Part shown: in pieces, positions 7,687 through 16,010 of the stretch | How the letters are laid out: every line of letters starts with the position of its first letter | Position numbering within the stretch: position 1 is the first letter of the stretch | From: a virus | IMG/VR virus record: IMGVR_UViG_3300033407_000013 | Reading direction: 5' to 3' (one strand) | DNA length: 59,268 nucleotides | Made by a program: the position numbers and the translations under genes | The notes under the pieces: generated by a model | Seen by the model: only the letters and a program-made list of their open reading frames with translations | Told to the model about the DNA's origin: nothing | The model's database searches: none

Positions 7687-8694
7687 CTACTTCGCGATCG
7701 CCAGGACCGCGCGCAGCGCCTTGTTCTTGTCGCGGTGCGACACGCCGAACAGGTTCCCACGGGTGCGGGCGGCGCTGTCCTCGTCCGTGAAGCCGCGCTC
7801 GTGATCGTGCCACTCGGTCACGGCGTTCAAGGCGGCCCACGCCGTGCCCTTGATTCCGGCGAGCGTCTGCCGCTCGTTCTCGAAGTTGGTCTCCCACGCC
7901 TCGAGGATCAGCTGGCGACGGGCGCGCAACCTCTCGGCCATCTTGCTATCGATGTCGTTCGGGATCTTCCCGAAGGTCTTCTCGTAGATCGCCAGGAACA
8001 GGTCCTTCGCGCGCTTCACGGACAGGTTCGTACGGACCATCGCGTCGACCTGCTCGCGGAACCGCTCGGTCTCCGCACGCAGCAGGCCGAGCGCGGTCTG
8101 CGCCGCCTTGAGTCGCGCTTCCGTGGGCGTCTTGCCGTAGTGGATGAACGACAGGCCCTTCGCCGCGTCGCGTTCACTCCACCGCAGCGTGTTCGCGCAG
8201 ACGACGCGAACGCTCGTCGGATACACCGCGAAGCTGCCGGTCCCGCCGTGGCCGTTCGTCACGAGCATGTACGTCTCGACGACGTCCTGCTCGGTCGCGC
8301 GGATGACCTCGGGAGCCTTCGCCAGCGCGAACACGGTCTTCCCGTCGCGGAGGCTACCGGCCGTCTCGAGCGACGCACCGCCCTCGCCGACCAGGTCGTC
8401 GGTGAACTGAGCCAGGTCGAGGTTCTGCACAATCGGGTAGTCGTCAGCGACCACACCCAGCACCGAGCCGGTGTCGTCGCGCATGTGCGCCGCGCGGCCG
8501 GGCACCTTGATCTTCTTGCCACCGTAGTCCGCCGACAGCGGCGCGAACGACGTCTGCCAGTCGAGGCCGATGCGGCGGAAGCCCTCGACGGCACTCAGGC
8601 CGTCGGGGATCTCGATGCCGAGCCGGTGCCACGCCCGCTTGCCGTTGCTGCGGACCTCGCCGAAGCGGTCCGTACGGTTGATCTCGTGAGCCAT
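7687..8694 (-). CDS. DUF932/DUF945 phage-plasmid-like protein
   Basis: MAHEINRTDRFGEVRSNGKRAWHRLGIEIPDGLSAVEGFRRIGLDWQTSFAPL and the core ...YMLVTNGHGGTGSF...VVCANTL match the family pattern I recall (TIGR03299-like). ATG 8694 is chosen over the 8940 extension. Confidence 0.7.
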   Translation of the reverse strand: MAHEINRTDRFGEVRSNGKRAWHRLGIEIPDGLSAVEGFRRIGLDWQTSFAPLSADYGGKKIKVPGRAAHMRDDTGSVLGVVADDYPIVQNLDLAQFTDDLVGEGGASLETAGSLRDGKTVFALAKAPEVIRATEQDVVETYMLVTNGHGGTGSFAVYPTSVRVVCANTLRWSERDAAKGLSFIHYGKTPTEARLKAAQTALGLLRAETERFREQVDAMVRTNLSVKRAKDLFLAIYEKTFGKIPNDIDSKMAERLRARRQLILEAWETNFENERQTLAGIKGTAWAALNAVTEWHDHERGFTDEDSAARTRGNLFGVSHRDKNKALRAVLAIAK

Positions 8695-8851
8695 CTTGTC
8701 TCCAGGTGTCGAGTTTCGGAGTCGGGGGCGAAGTGCTCCCCGCGTACAGAGTCTATCGGCATCAGGGGATCCTTTGCTAAAAGGACGCCGCAGAAAAGCC
8801 AACTCGGCCCAAAACGAGACGCGAGGCCCCTCCGGGGGACGGAGAGACGGA

Positions 8852-9430
8852 TCAGGGGGCGGGCTCGAGCCGGAGGCCGAAGTAGCGCGCCGAAGCGCCC
8901 CGAGCGCCTTCGACCGCCTCGACGATCCGGACGCCAACAAGCTCGGCGCGCGCGATCATCTGCGGGAGCATGACGTGCGCCAGGCGCAGCCGCAGCTTGT
9001 GCGGCGTGTGCGCGTACAGCCGGCCGATCCCCAGCGCTTCGGCCTCGGCGATCGACAGCGGACGGTTCGAGCGCGCCGACTTCAATCCGATCGTGAGGTA
9101 GACCGTCGTCGGCTGCTGCACGCGCTTGAGGAGCGCGAGCCAGTGCGCCCACGGCGAACCGTATGTGTCGGCGTCGATCACGTTCTCGTCGAGGCCGGCG
9201 CGCAGGATATCGACCGAGTCGCGCGTCACACGTCCAGACCTGCGCTTCATGTCGACGCCCCAGTAGGTCGAGACCTTGAACTCCTTGCGAAGCTCCCTCC
9301 AGATGACACCCGATCCCTGGCACGCGTCGAACACCCGAATGTCGCCGTCGCGGTGGTAGCGCTTGAGCATGTACCTGCGCACGGCGAGCTTCGCCGGCAG
9401 GTTGTCGTTGTCCGTCTCGCGCACCTTCAC
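8852..9430 (-). CDS. SAM-dependent methyltransferase-like protein
   Basis: FDACQGSG resembles motif I and IDADTYGSPW resembles a catalytic motif. The GTG start overlaps the ParB-like gene stop (GTGA). Confidence 0.5.
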   Translation of the reverse strand: MKVRETDNDNLPAKLAVRRYMLKRYHRDGDIRVFDACQGSGVIWRELRKEFKVSTYWGVDMKRRSGRVTRDSVDILRAGLDENVIDADTYGSPWAHWLALLKRVQQPTTVYLTIGLKSARSNRPLSIAEAEALGIGRLYAHTPHKLRLRLAHVMLPQMIARAELVGVRIVEAVEGARGASARYFGLRLEPAP

Positions 9431-10002
9431 CGCTCCACGTAGTCGTCAGAGACTTCGACAATCGAGCCATCGATCTCTGCGACAGCGTCGATCAACGCCT
9501 GCAGCTCGCCCATGTGCTTGATCGAAACGCCGATCAGGCCCCACACGAAGTTGACGCCCTCGGGCACGTCGATCTTCGCCACGCCCTCGTCAGCGCCGGC
9601 GACCGGGCTGTCGAATCCGGTCAGCGTGACGTCGAAGCCGAGCGAGTCCAGCTCACCGAGCTCGAACGAGAGAACATCACGATCCCAGCCCGCCTCTTCG
9701 GCCAGCCGGTTGTCGGCGAGGATGTACGCGCGTTTCTGCGCCGGCGTCCAGCCGCGCGCGATGACGACCGGAACTTCCTGGATCCCGAGGCGCTGCGCAG
9801 CGAGGACGCGACCGTGCCCGGCGATGATGTCGCCGTCTTCGCCGACCAGCACGGGGTTCGTCCAGCCCCACTCCTGGATCGCCGCGGCGATCTTCGCGAC
9901 CTGCTCCTCGCTGTGCTTCCGAGCGTTGCGAGCATAGGGCACGAGCGAATCGACCTCGCGCACCTCGGGGTTCGATGCAGGCCACTGCTCGCGCTGCTTC
10001 AT
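9427..10002 (-). CDS. ParB-like nuclease domain protein
   Basis: LVPYARNARKHSEEQVAKIAAAIQEWGWTNPVLVGEDGDIIAGHGRVLAAQRLG is the ParBc pattern usually found fused to phage DNA methylases. Confidence 0.75.
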   Translation of the reverse strand: MKQREQWPASNPEVREVDSLVPYARNARKHSEEQVAKIAAAIQEWGWTNPVLVGEDGDIIAGHGRVLAAQRLGIQEVPVVIARGWTPAQKRAYILADNRLAEEAGWDRDVLSFELGELDSLGFDVTLTGFDSPVAGADEGVAKIDVPEGVNFVWGLIGVSIKHMGELQALIDAVAEIDGSIVEVSDDYVER

Positions 10003-10367
10003 GGCGTGACGATCGTCGAGTGTAGGATGTGCACGCCCTCACTCACCACGACCGGGGTCGCGTCGAGTACGCGTAGCTGGAACTGGTACTGGCCCGCGCC
10101 GATCACGGTCTGCGACTCGTCCGTGTCTGTCGAATCGAGGTTGACGTCGATCTGACCGTTCGGCAGGTCGACGTCGGTCATGTGTCCCGGCGTGCCGTTG
10201 TTCTTCACGAGCACCGGATCGCCGAAGTCGAACCCGCCGGTCTGGGGGTTGATCAGCGCGAGCGCGAGCTCGACCTCGCGTCCGGTCAGGTCGATGTTCG
10301 CGACCGTGAAGCCCCACACGTGAGCGTCGCCCTTGAAGGACGAGTCGGTCAGTCCGCGGATCGCCAT
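9999..10367 (-). CDS. Hypothetical protein (122 aa), possibly beta-rich or structural
   Basis: The ATG lies 3 nt after the upstream stop (TGACCAATGGCGA junction). No motif recognised. Confidence 0.5.
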   Translation of the reverse strand: MAIRGLTDSSFKGDAHVWGFTVANIDLTGREVELALALINPQTGGFDFGDPVLVKNNGTPGHMTDVDLPNGQIDVNLDSTDTDESQTVIGAGQYQFQLRVLDATPVVVSEGVHILHSTIVTP

Positions 10368-10370
10368 TGG

Positions 10371-12332
10371 TCAGTCCTCGAAGTCCCCCGCGAGCGGGGT
10401 GCGGGTTGAGCCGTCGCCGGCGAGCACGGTGCGGTTCTCCGCGTCGCCGGCGAGCGCGGTCCGCAGATAGTAGTCGCCCGCGTGGTCAGCACGCAAGCCG
10501 TAGTCGCCTGCGAGCGCAGTACGCAGGTCGTAGGAGCCCGGAAGCTCGGTGCGCGGCGCGACGACCGGGATCGACGCCGTGAAGGCCGGCGTCGGAGCGA
10601 GGAGCTGCACGCCGAAGGTCGCCGTGAACTCCTGCGGGACGTGCAGCGCCGTGAAGGCCGGCGTCGGAGCGAGGAGCGCGGTTCCGAACGTCGTTCGGAA
10701 CTCGAGCAACGCCGCAAGGGTCGGCGTCGGCCCGAGCATGACGACGCCGAAGCTCGCGCGGTATTCCAGCGCGGACACGAAGATCGGCGTCGGACCATCG
10801 AGCACGACGCCGAAGTCCGCGCGGAACTCGAGCGCGGCAACGAACACCGGGGTCGGTCCAACCAGTGCAACGCCGAACGTCGCTCGGAACTCGAGCAGCA
10901 CGGCGAACGCTGGAACCGGACCATCCAGCGTCACGCCGAACGACGACTCGAAGACGAGCTCGACCGCGAAGTCGGGCGTCGGTCCGTCGAGCGTGACTCC
11001 GAAGTCAGCCTCGAAGACGAGTTCCGCGGCGAACGCCGCGGTCGGCCCGTCCATCGTGACACCGAAGGTCGCTTCGTGCGGCGCCTCTTCGATGAGTAGC
11101 AGCCCGTACCTGCGCTGCACGCCCGGCAGCGTCTCCCAGCTGATCTGGATCCCGTTCGAGAGTTGCGTCTGTCCGTCGGTTGCGACGAGCTCCGTACCGC
11201 CATGGGCGAACAAGCTGCAGAAACGAGAGTCAGCGAAGCTGCCGGCGTTCGTCGTTGCGACGTTGTCCTCGTCGTGCCCGCAGACCGACACCGCTTCGGC
11301 GAAGTGCGTCGCTCCACGTCCGCCGCCGGCGCCCGCCGTGAAGCTGTTCTCGGTGGGGCGCGCAGAGAAAGCGACCGCCGCGAAACCGGGCTTGAAGCCC
11401 GCGGCTGTGATCGACTCGGGCGAAGGCGGAGACGGCGGAGTCAACCTGCCGACGTCGAGATGCGTACGCACCGATCCCGAGCCGTCGTTGCACTTCACCG
11501 CGAGGCCGATGAGCGTCGGCCCATCCGCCGGGCCGCCCGTGTCCTCGCCAGCGACGTCGAAGCCGGTCGAGGTATAGTTCTCGATCCGGCTCCACGCCTG
11601 GAAGACGTCGGGCGTCGGATCCGGGTTGATGATTATGAGCTGCGACAGCCTGTCGTTGGCCTTACCCCTTCGCGTCTCCGACGTCGAGACGTTGTCCCCG
11701 GAGTAGAGCTGCGCGAGCGACATCGTACCGTCGTCGGGAAGCAGCTGCGTGTCCACGCGCGACATGCCGAAGCTCGAGCGCTGCTGTCGAACAAAGGCGT
11801 CGTCGTTGCTCGCCTGGTGCTCGGTAACGTTGAAATCGACCGCGAATCCAGTCGTCACCGTGGTGGGCGTGGACGTGCCGGCCTGCCGCCACGCGAGGCA
11901 TTCCGCGTTCGAACCACCGAACAGCCAGACCTTGATCCGGTATAGGTCGCCAGCGCCACCCACCGTCGTGAAATTGAGGCGGATCCCGCCGAAGAGGCCC
12001 GACTGCTGGAAACTGTCGAAGGTCGCCGAGAGCGCGACTGCGCCGCTCGCCGGGTCGAGTAGGTGGACGACCTTGGTCGAGCTGCCGCCGCTGTCGGTCA
12101 CCATCGTGGTGACCGCGTCGCGCGCGTACGACCAGGCGTTCCGCTGGTTCGTGCCGTCGAGGAAACCGATCGACTTCGAGTAGCCGCCTCGCAGCGTGTC
12201 GTCCGCGATCGCCCAGGTCACCTCGACGACCGCCCCGACGCAGCTCTCCATCCCGAAGGCCAGGAAGTCCTTCGTTCCGGTGCTGGTCGGGGCGATGCCG
12301 TTTACGACCCGTGCGACCCACGGGAGAGCCAT
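10371..12332 (-). CDS. Fibre-like repeat protein (653 aa)
   Basis: AGGAGG lies 8 nt upstream of the ATG. The C-terminal third holds 21-aa repeats (FGVTLDGPTPxFAxxLEFRAx) followed by 10-aa repeats (YxLRTALAGD). Confidence 0.75.
   Translation of the reverse strand: MALPWVARVVNGIAPTSTGTKDFLAFGMESCVGAVVEVTWAIADDTLRGGYSKSIGFLDGTNQRNAWSYARDAVTTMVTDSGGSSTKVVHLLDPASGAVALSATFDSFQQSGLFGGIRLNFTTVGGAGDLYRIKVWLFGGSNAECLAWRQAGTSTPTTVTTGFAVDFNVTEHQASNDDAFVRQQRSSFGMSRVDTQLLPDDGTMSLAQLYSGDNVSTSETRRGKANDRLSQLIIINPDPTPDVFQAWSRIENYTSTGFDVAGEDTGGPADGPTLIGLAVKCNDGSGSVRTHLDVGRLTPPSPPSPESITAAGFKPGFAAVAFSARPTENSFTAGAGGGRGATHFAEAVSVCGHDEDNVATTNAGSFADSRFCSLFAHGGTELVATDGQTQLSNGIQISWETLPGVQRRYGLLLIEEAPHEATFGVTMDGPTAAFAAELVFEADFGVTLDGPTPDFAVELVFESSFGVTLDGPVPAFAVLLEFRATFGVALVGPTPVFVAALEFRADFGVVLDGPTPIFVSALEYRASFGVVMLGPTPTLAALLEFRTTFGTALLAPTPAFTALHVPQEFTATFGVQLLAPTPAFTASIPVVAPRTELPGSYDLRTALAGDYGLRADHAGDYYLRTALAGDAENRTVLAGDGSTRTPLAGDFED
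10383..10532. repeat. Five tandem 30-bp (10-aa) coding repeats
   Basis: YDLRTALAGD, YGLRADHAGD, YYLRTALAGD, AENRTVLAGD, GSTRTPLAGD (aa 601-650). Confidence 0.85.
10563..11066. repeat. About 7.5 tandem 63-bp (21-aa) coding repeats
   Basis: FGVTMDGPTAAFAAELVFEAD, FGVTLDGPTPDFAVELVFESS, FGVTLDGPVPAFAVLLEFRAT, FGVALVGPTPVFVAALEFRAD, FGVVLDGPTPIFVSALEYRAS, FGVVMLGPTPTLAALLEFRTT, plus two degenerate units (aa 423-590). Confidence 0.85.
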
Positions 12333-12385
12333 GCGGTCAGCCTCCTACGTTTCCGCGGACGCCAGCACCACCAGCGCCCGCGTCG

Positions 12386-12721
12386 TCACGCCAAGGTCAT
12401 CATCTGCGCCACGCGCAGCTTCGTGATCGTCGAGCGGTACCTCTCGCCGAGACGGAGAGCGGCTTGGATCTGACCAATGGTCCTCGTACCGGCAACCACG
12501 ACGGCCACGATCGCCTGCGCGTCCGCCAACTGCGTGTTCCCCGGATCGAACGACTGACCGACGAGACCGAACGCCGTGTTGATCTCCGCGTCCGTCGGCG
12601 CGCCGTTCCATCCTCTGCGGTTGGCCTCGAGCGCGTCGACGAACTGGTGGATGGGCAGCTTCGTCTTCCCGGCCGAGTCGTCGACCTCGTAGCCGCACAG
12701 ACGGTCGAGCAGGTGGCTCAT
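12386..12721 (-). CDS. Hypothetical protein (111 aa)
   Basis: MSHLLDRLCGYEVDDSAGKTKLPIHQFVDALEANRRGW. The ATG lies 3 nt after the upstream stop. The longer ORF-track version (to 13576) runs out of frame over neighbouring genes. Confidence 0.5.
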   Translation of the reverse strand: MSHLLDRLCGYEVDDSAGKTKLPIHQFVDALEANRRGWNGAPTDAEINTAFGLVGQSFDPGNTQLADAQAIVAVVVAGTRTIGQIQAALRLGERYRSTITKLRVAQMMTLA

Positions 12722-12723
12722 GG

Positions 12724-13173
12724 TCAGTTGCTCTCGGCCTGCGTGATCGAGCCCGCGGTGATCTTGACTGCGGCGCCCTGCTGGATGGCCAGGCTGTTGA
12801 TGTTCATCTCGCCACCCGAAGTCAGGACGGTGTCGAACTGGAAGTGCTCGACGCCGGTCGAGTCCTCGAGGCGGGCGAACAGCGTCGGCGTCGCGGTCGC
12901 GGTGTTGTCCGCCGACGAATCCTCCGGCTCCGGCGTGACGTCGAGGTCGATGCGCGCGCCGGGGCCAGCGTCGACGAAACCCGCGAACGAGGGATCGTTC
13001 AACGGGATGTCGGCGAGGAGGATCTGCGTCGTGATCGCCACCGAGAGGTCGGCGGGAATCCCGGCGCCGTTCTCGTCGTAGATTTTGCAGTGGCCGGCGG
13101 CCGGTCCGCCGTCGATCAGCGCCGTGATCTGATCCGCTTGCGCCCCCGCGAGCGCCAGGCTGATCTTCGCCAT
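12724..13173 (-). CDS. Hypothetical protein (149 aa), resembles small proteins found next to phage fibre genes
   Basis: MAKISLALAGAQADQITALIDGGPAAGHCKIYDENG... The start uses the same TGACCAATGGCGA junction as 10367. Confidence 0.5.
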   Translation of the reverse strand: MAKISLALAGAQADQITALIDGGPAAGHCKIYDENGAGIPADLSVAITTQILLADIPLNDPSFAGFVDAGPGARIDLDVTPEPEDSSADNTATATPTLFARLEDSTGVEHFQFDTVLTSGGEMNINSLAIQQGAAVKITAGSITQAESN

Positions 13174-13176
13174 TGG

Positions 13177-13497
13177 TCAACCCTCCGTACGCGGAGCAGG
13201 CCGCGCAGCCTTCTTGGGCTTCTCGGCCGCGACTGCGGCGTGCCGCGCGCGGCGCGCCTCTTCGCGGATCCCGTTCACCAGCTCGGTGACGAGCGCGTAC
13301 GCGTGCGCCACGTTGCGGTACTTCTCCGCGATGGTCTCGCAACCGTCCAGGGCCACGGCGAAGAACTGGGCCGCTGCAGCTCGGCACTTCTCGACGTCGG
13401 CCGTGAGCGGCGCAATCTCGGGTTGCGCCTCCATGCTGGCGCGTGCTACCTCGACGACGTCGCCGAGACGAGTCGGATCCTGCTCGGGTTCGGTCAT
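13177..13497 (-). CDS. Hypothetical protein (106 aa)
   Basis: ATGA overlap with the upstream gene at 13494-13497. Confidence 0.5.
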   Translation of the reverse strand: MTEPEQDPTRLGDVVEVARASMEAQPEIAPLTADVEKCRAAAAQFFAVALDGCETIAEKYRNVAHAYALVTELVNGIREEARRARHAAVAAEKPKKAARPAPRTEG

Positions 13498-13877
13498 GGC
13501 TGCTGTTCTGTGGGCGTCCCGGCTGCACCGCTGCCGTCGAAGTTGAACAGTGGCCCCGGGCCGAACCGCTGCTCATGGATCTCGTTCTCGAGGCAGTCGC
13601 ACGCGTCCCCGTACTCGGCCTTCGCCGCGCGACGCGCCCTGCTCGCAGCCTCGAGCTTGACCTTCTTATGCTCGACAGCCTTCTCGAGCTTGTAGATCGC
13701 GCCGAGCCGCTTCCGGGCCTTCTCGCGATCGAGCGTGTCCGGGTCGATCTCCTTCGGCCGCGACTCCGTGCCGGGCTTCGGCGCGGCCGAGGGGGGAGAG
13801 GCGGCCGACGTGTCGCGCTTCCTCGACACCGTCTTCTTGGCCGCCTTCTTCGCTGTCTTCTTCTTCGCCGTGGTCAC
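13494..13877 (-). CDS. Lys/Ala-rich (histone H1-like N-terminus) putative DNA-binding protein
   Basis: MTTAKKKTAKKAAKKTVSRKRD... GTG start preceded by GGGAGA. Confidence 0.5.
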   Translation of the reverse strand: MTTAKKKTAKKAAKKTVSRKRDTSAASPPSAAPKPGTESRPKEIDPDTLDREKARKRLGAIYKLEKAVEHKKVKLEAASRARRAAKAEYGDACDCLENEIHEQRFGPGPLFNFDGSGAAGTPTEQQP

Positions 13878-13901
13878 AGGCTTGTCTCCCTTGCTTCGCG
13901 G

Positions 13902-14180
13902 TCAGTCCGACGGCCAGTCCCAGCAGGGTTGCCCCGAGGCGGCCTTGCTCTTGTGGTAGATGCTCGTGAACGCGTGCGGCTTCGCCTCGGGCGTGAAGGC
14001 TGCCACGTTGAGCACGACCGCGGGGTCGCCACCGGTTCCGAACACACGCGTGACGTGGCCGACGTAGCCGTTCCGCTTCGTGTCGCCGTTCGGATAGCAC
14101 ATGACGACGTCGCCGAGCCGGGGCAGGCGAGGCGGAGTTGTCGGTTTGGCTTTCGCCTGCGGGGGGGTAGGGTCCGTCAT
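13902..14180 (-). CDS. Hypothetical protein (92 aa)
   Basis: MTDPTPPQAKAKP...RLGDVVMCYPNGDTKRNGYVGHVTRVF. AGGAG lies upstream of ATG 14180. The upstream extension in the ORF track is Arg-rich junk. Confidence 0.5.
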   Translation of the reverse strand: MTDPTPPQAKAKPTTPPRLPRLGDVVMCYPNGDTKRNGYVGHVTRVFGTGGDPAVVLNVAAFTPEAKPHAFTSIYHKSKAASGQPCWDWPSD

Positions 14181-14419
14181 CGGATGGTCTCCTGTTCGTA
14201 GTTGCGGCCTCGCCGCGGGTTGTGGATCAGGTTCTACAGGCCCGAAAAGGGCAAAGCAAGGCACCGCTCCTCCGGCGGGAACTAAGGAGAGGCCAGGGCC
14301 GCAGGGGGGCTGAGGCGCGTTCGTGGTGCGCCCAGCCCGTCGTTTGGCCTTTCGGCGGCGGCGGCGGCGGATCCGACGACGCGCCGCGATCGAGAAGCGG
14401 CCGCGCGCCACGGCACGGA

Positions 14420-15715
14420 TCAACTTCCCGGATCGGCGAGGGTCGCGCGTCCGTCCTCGATCCACACGCCCGCGCCGCTAGGGTTCGAGTCCACGACCTC
14501 GAGCCACAGCTGGAATCCACTGGACTCGGCAATCTCGGCGAGCTGCACCTTGCTCTCGTCGTCGAGCAGCGAGCCCTCCCGCGCGAACAGCACCCTGATC
14601 TTCGGCGAGCCCGCCATCGCCACAGCAGCGGCGAGCTTCAAACGCTCGGCCTGCGACGCCTGAGTGAAGGGAATCGTGCCCACCCGCAACAGGCGCTCGT
14701 CCGGATCGTAGGTCACGCCCTTCATCGGGAAGGGCGTCTCGGCGAGCAGCTTGCGGAGCTCGGCGCGCGTCTCCTCGAGCGCGACGACGGCCGCCTCGTG
14801 CTCCGACTGTGCGGTGTCCCGCTCGGCCGTCGTCGACGCGAGCAGCTCGTGCTTGCCGGCGTGCTTCGCCGCGAGCTCGTGCGCACGGATCGCCTCGCGG
14901 ATCGGCTCGGCATCGACGGGCTCGCCGGCGTCGACGACGGCTTTCGCGGTGTCCTTCCAGGCGGCGCGAACCTTCTCCTGCTCGGCCTTCAAGAGCTCAA
15001 GCTCCTTCGCCAACTCCTCGCCCCTCGTAGCGAGCGCGGCCATCTTCCGCCGACCTTCGCCGATCGCGGCGTTGGTCCGCTCGGCCTCCTGCAGCCTGGC
15101 GGCGCACTCCTCGAGCGTGCCCTCGGTAGGCGGCGAGGGGAGACCACCGAGCTCGGCCTCGAGAGCGGCGACGGCCTTCGCGAGCCGATCGGCCTCACGG
15201 CCGAGATCCCGCCGGCGGTCGTACTGCGCCTGCGCCTGCTCTTCGAGCTGCTCGACCTGGTCGCCGAGACCGATCGCGGCCAGTGCCCCCTTCACCTGCT
15301 CGTCGGCCTTCATGCCGAGGAAGGCGACGGGATCTGCGAACTCGCCCACGAGGGCGTCGAGGATCGCCTGCGGGCTGCGCAGCGACGACCCGTCGGCTGC
15401 CTGCACGGAGAGCGACGTCTCGGCCTTGTCGTCGCTCCCGCGCTTCCAGTGGCGCCGGACGACGATGGCACCCAGGTCGAGCACGACGTCGGCGCCGGCC
15501 TGTCCCTCGGCGATCGGGAGCGCCTGCGCGCCCTTCCGGCCGAGGAGCGCGGCGAGCATCGACTCGATCAGGCTCGACTTCCCGGCCGCGTTCTTCCCGC
15601 GGACAGGGATCAGGCCCGTGGGCGACGGCTGCAGGTCGCAGGCGACCAACTTCTTGAAGCTGTCGACGGTGAGGCGGACGACCGTCATCGGGCCGTCGGG
15701 GAGCTGCTCGGACAT
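14420..15715 (-). CDS. SMC/Rad50/RecF-like ATPase with a central coiled coil
   Basis: Walker A VRGKNAAGKSSLIES, a long coiled-coil middle, and a C-terminal LFAREGSLLDDESKVQL that looks like a Walker B / D-loop region. AGGAGG lies 5 nt upstream of the ATG. Confidence 0.7.
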   Translation of the reverse strand: MSEQLPDGPMTVVRLTVDSFKKLVACDLQPSPTGLIPVRGKNAAGKSSLIESMLAALLGRKGAQALPIAEGQAGADVVLDLGAIVVRRHWKRGSDDKAETSLSVQAADGSSLRSPQAILDALVGEFADPVAFLGMKADEQVKGALAAIGLGDQVEQLEEQAQAQYDRRRDLGREADRLAKAVAALEAELGGLPSPPTEGTLEECAARLQEAERTNAAIGEGRRKMAALATRGEELAKELELLKAEQEKVRAAWKDTAKAVVDAGEPVDAEPIREAIRAHELAAKHAGKHELLASTTAERDTAQSEHEAAVVALEETRAELRKLLAETPFPMKGVTYDPDERLLRVGTIPFTQASQAERLKLAAAVAMAGSPKIRVLFAREGSLLDDESKVQLAEIAESSGFQLWLEVVDSNPSGAGVWIEDGRATLADPGS

Positions 15716-15850
15716 TCGGACCTCCTAGGGTTTCCTGGTCGGCAGGGCGTAGGACGACCCAAGTCTACCCCCCTCCCGGGGAGCACGTCGGCGGGCCCCT
15801 GGTGAGCTTCGGCAGAGTACCTGGCGTAAAAGATGCGTAGGCCGCGAAGA

Positions 15851-15860
15851 GGGGGGGGGG
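15851..15860. repeat. G10 homopolymer in an intergenic region
   Basis: Read directly: AGA-GGGGGGGGGG-AAATC. Confidence 0.9.
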
Positions 15861-15976
15861 AAATCGACCCTGTAGTAGAAAAAAGGGGAGTAGTGTACGC
15901 GCGTGCGCAGGGGCGCGCGCGCCTGCGCCCGCGCGCCTGCGGCTCATTTCATTTTTTAGGCGCTGGACATTTCCCC

Positions 15977-16010
15977 CTCCCCTCCCCTGCGGGCTCCCCT
16001 CCCCTGCGGG
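15977..16010. repeat. Tandem 2 x 17-bp direct repeat CTCCCCTCCCCTGCGGG just downstream of the primase-helicase stop
   Basis: Read directly. The minus sense is CCCGCAGGGGAGGGGAG twice. Confidence 0.9.

Noticed and set aside
8695-8851. Candidate sigma70-like promoters, e.g. TTAGCA-N19-TAGACT on the minus strand in the 8695-8851 gap, a TAGACT near 15766-15771, and TTGCTT-N17-TAGAAC near 14240-14268.
   Set aside because: They match the consensus at only 3-4 of 6 positions, with non-ideal spacing. The host and its promoter consensus are unknown. This is not sufficient to annotate.
14246-14300. AAAGGGCAAAGCAAGGC..., reminiscent of the GGCAAA element of c-di-GMP-I (GEMM) riboswitches. This would be interesting given the GGDEF gene.
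   Set aside because: It is on the plus strand with no downstream plus-strand gene. The second conserved element (GACGCAAAGCC-like) and the paired P1/P2 architecture are not present. A covariance-model scan (RF01051 / RF01786) would settle it.
14481-14492. GGGTTCGAGTCC, a tRNA T-arm-like sequence.
   Set aside because: It lies inside the SMC-like CDS. The flanking bases do not form a T-stem or acceptor stem. I saw no tRNA in the window.
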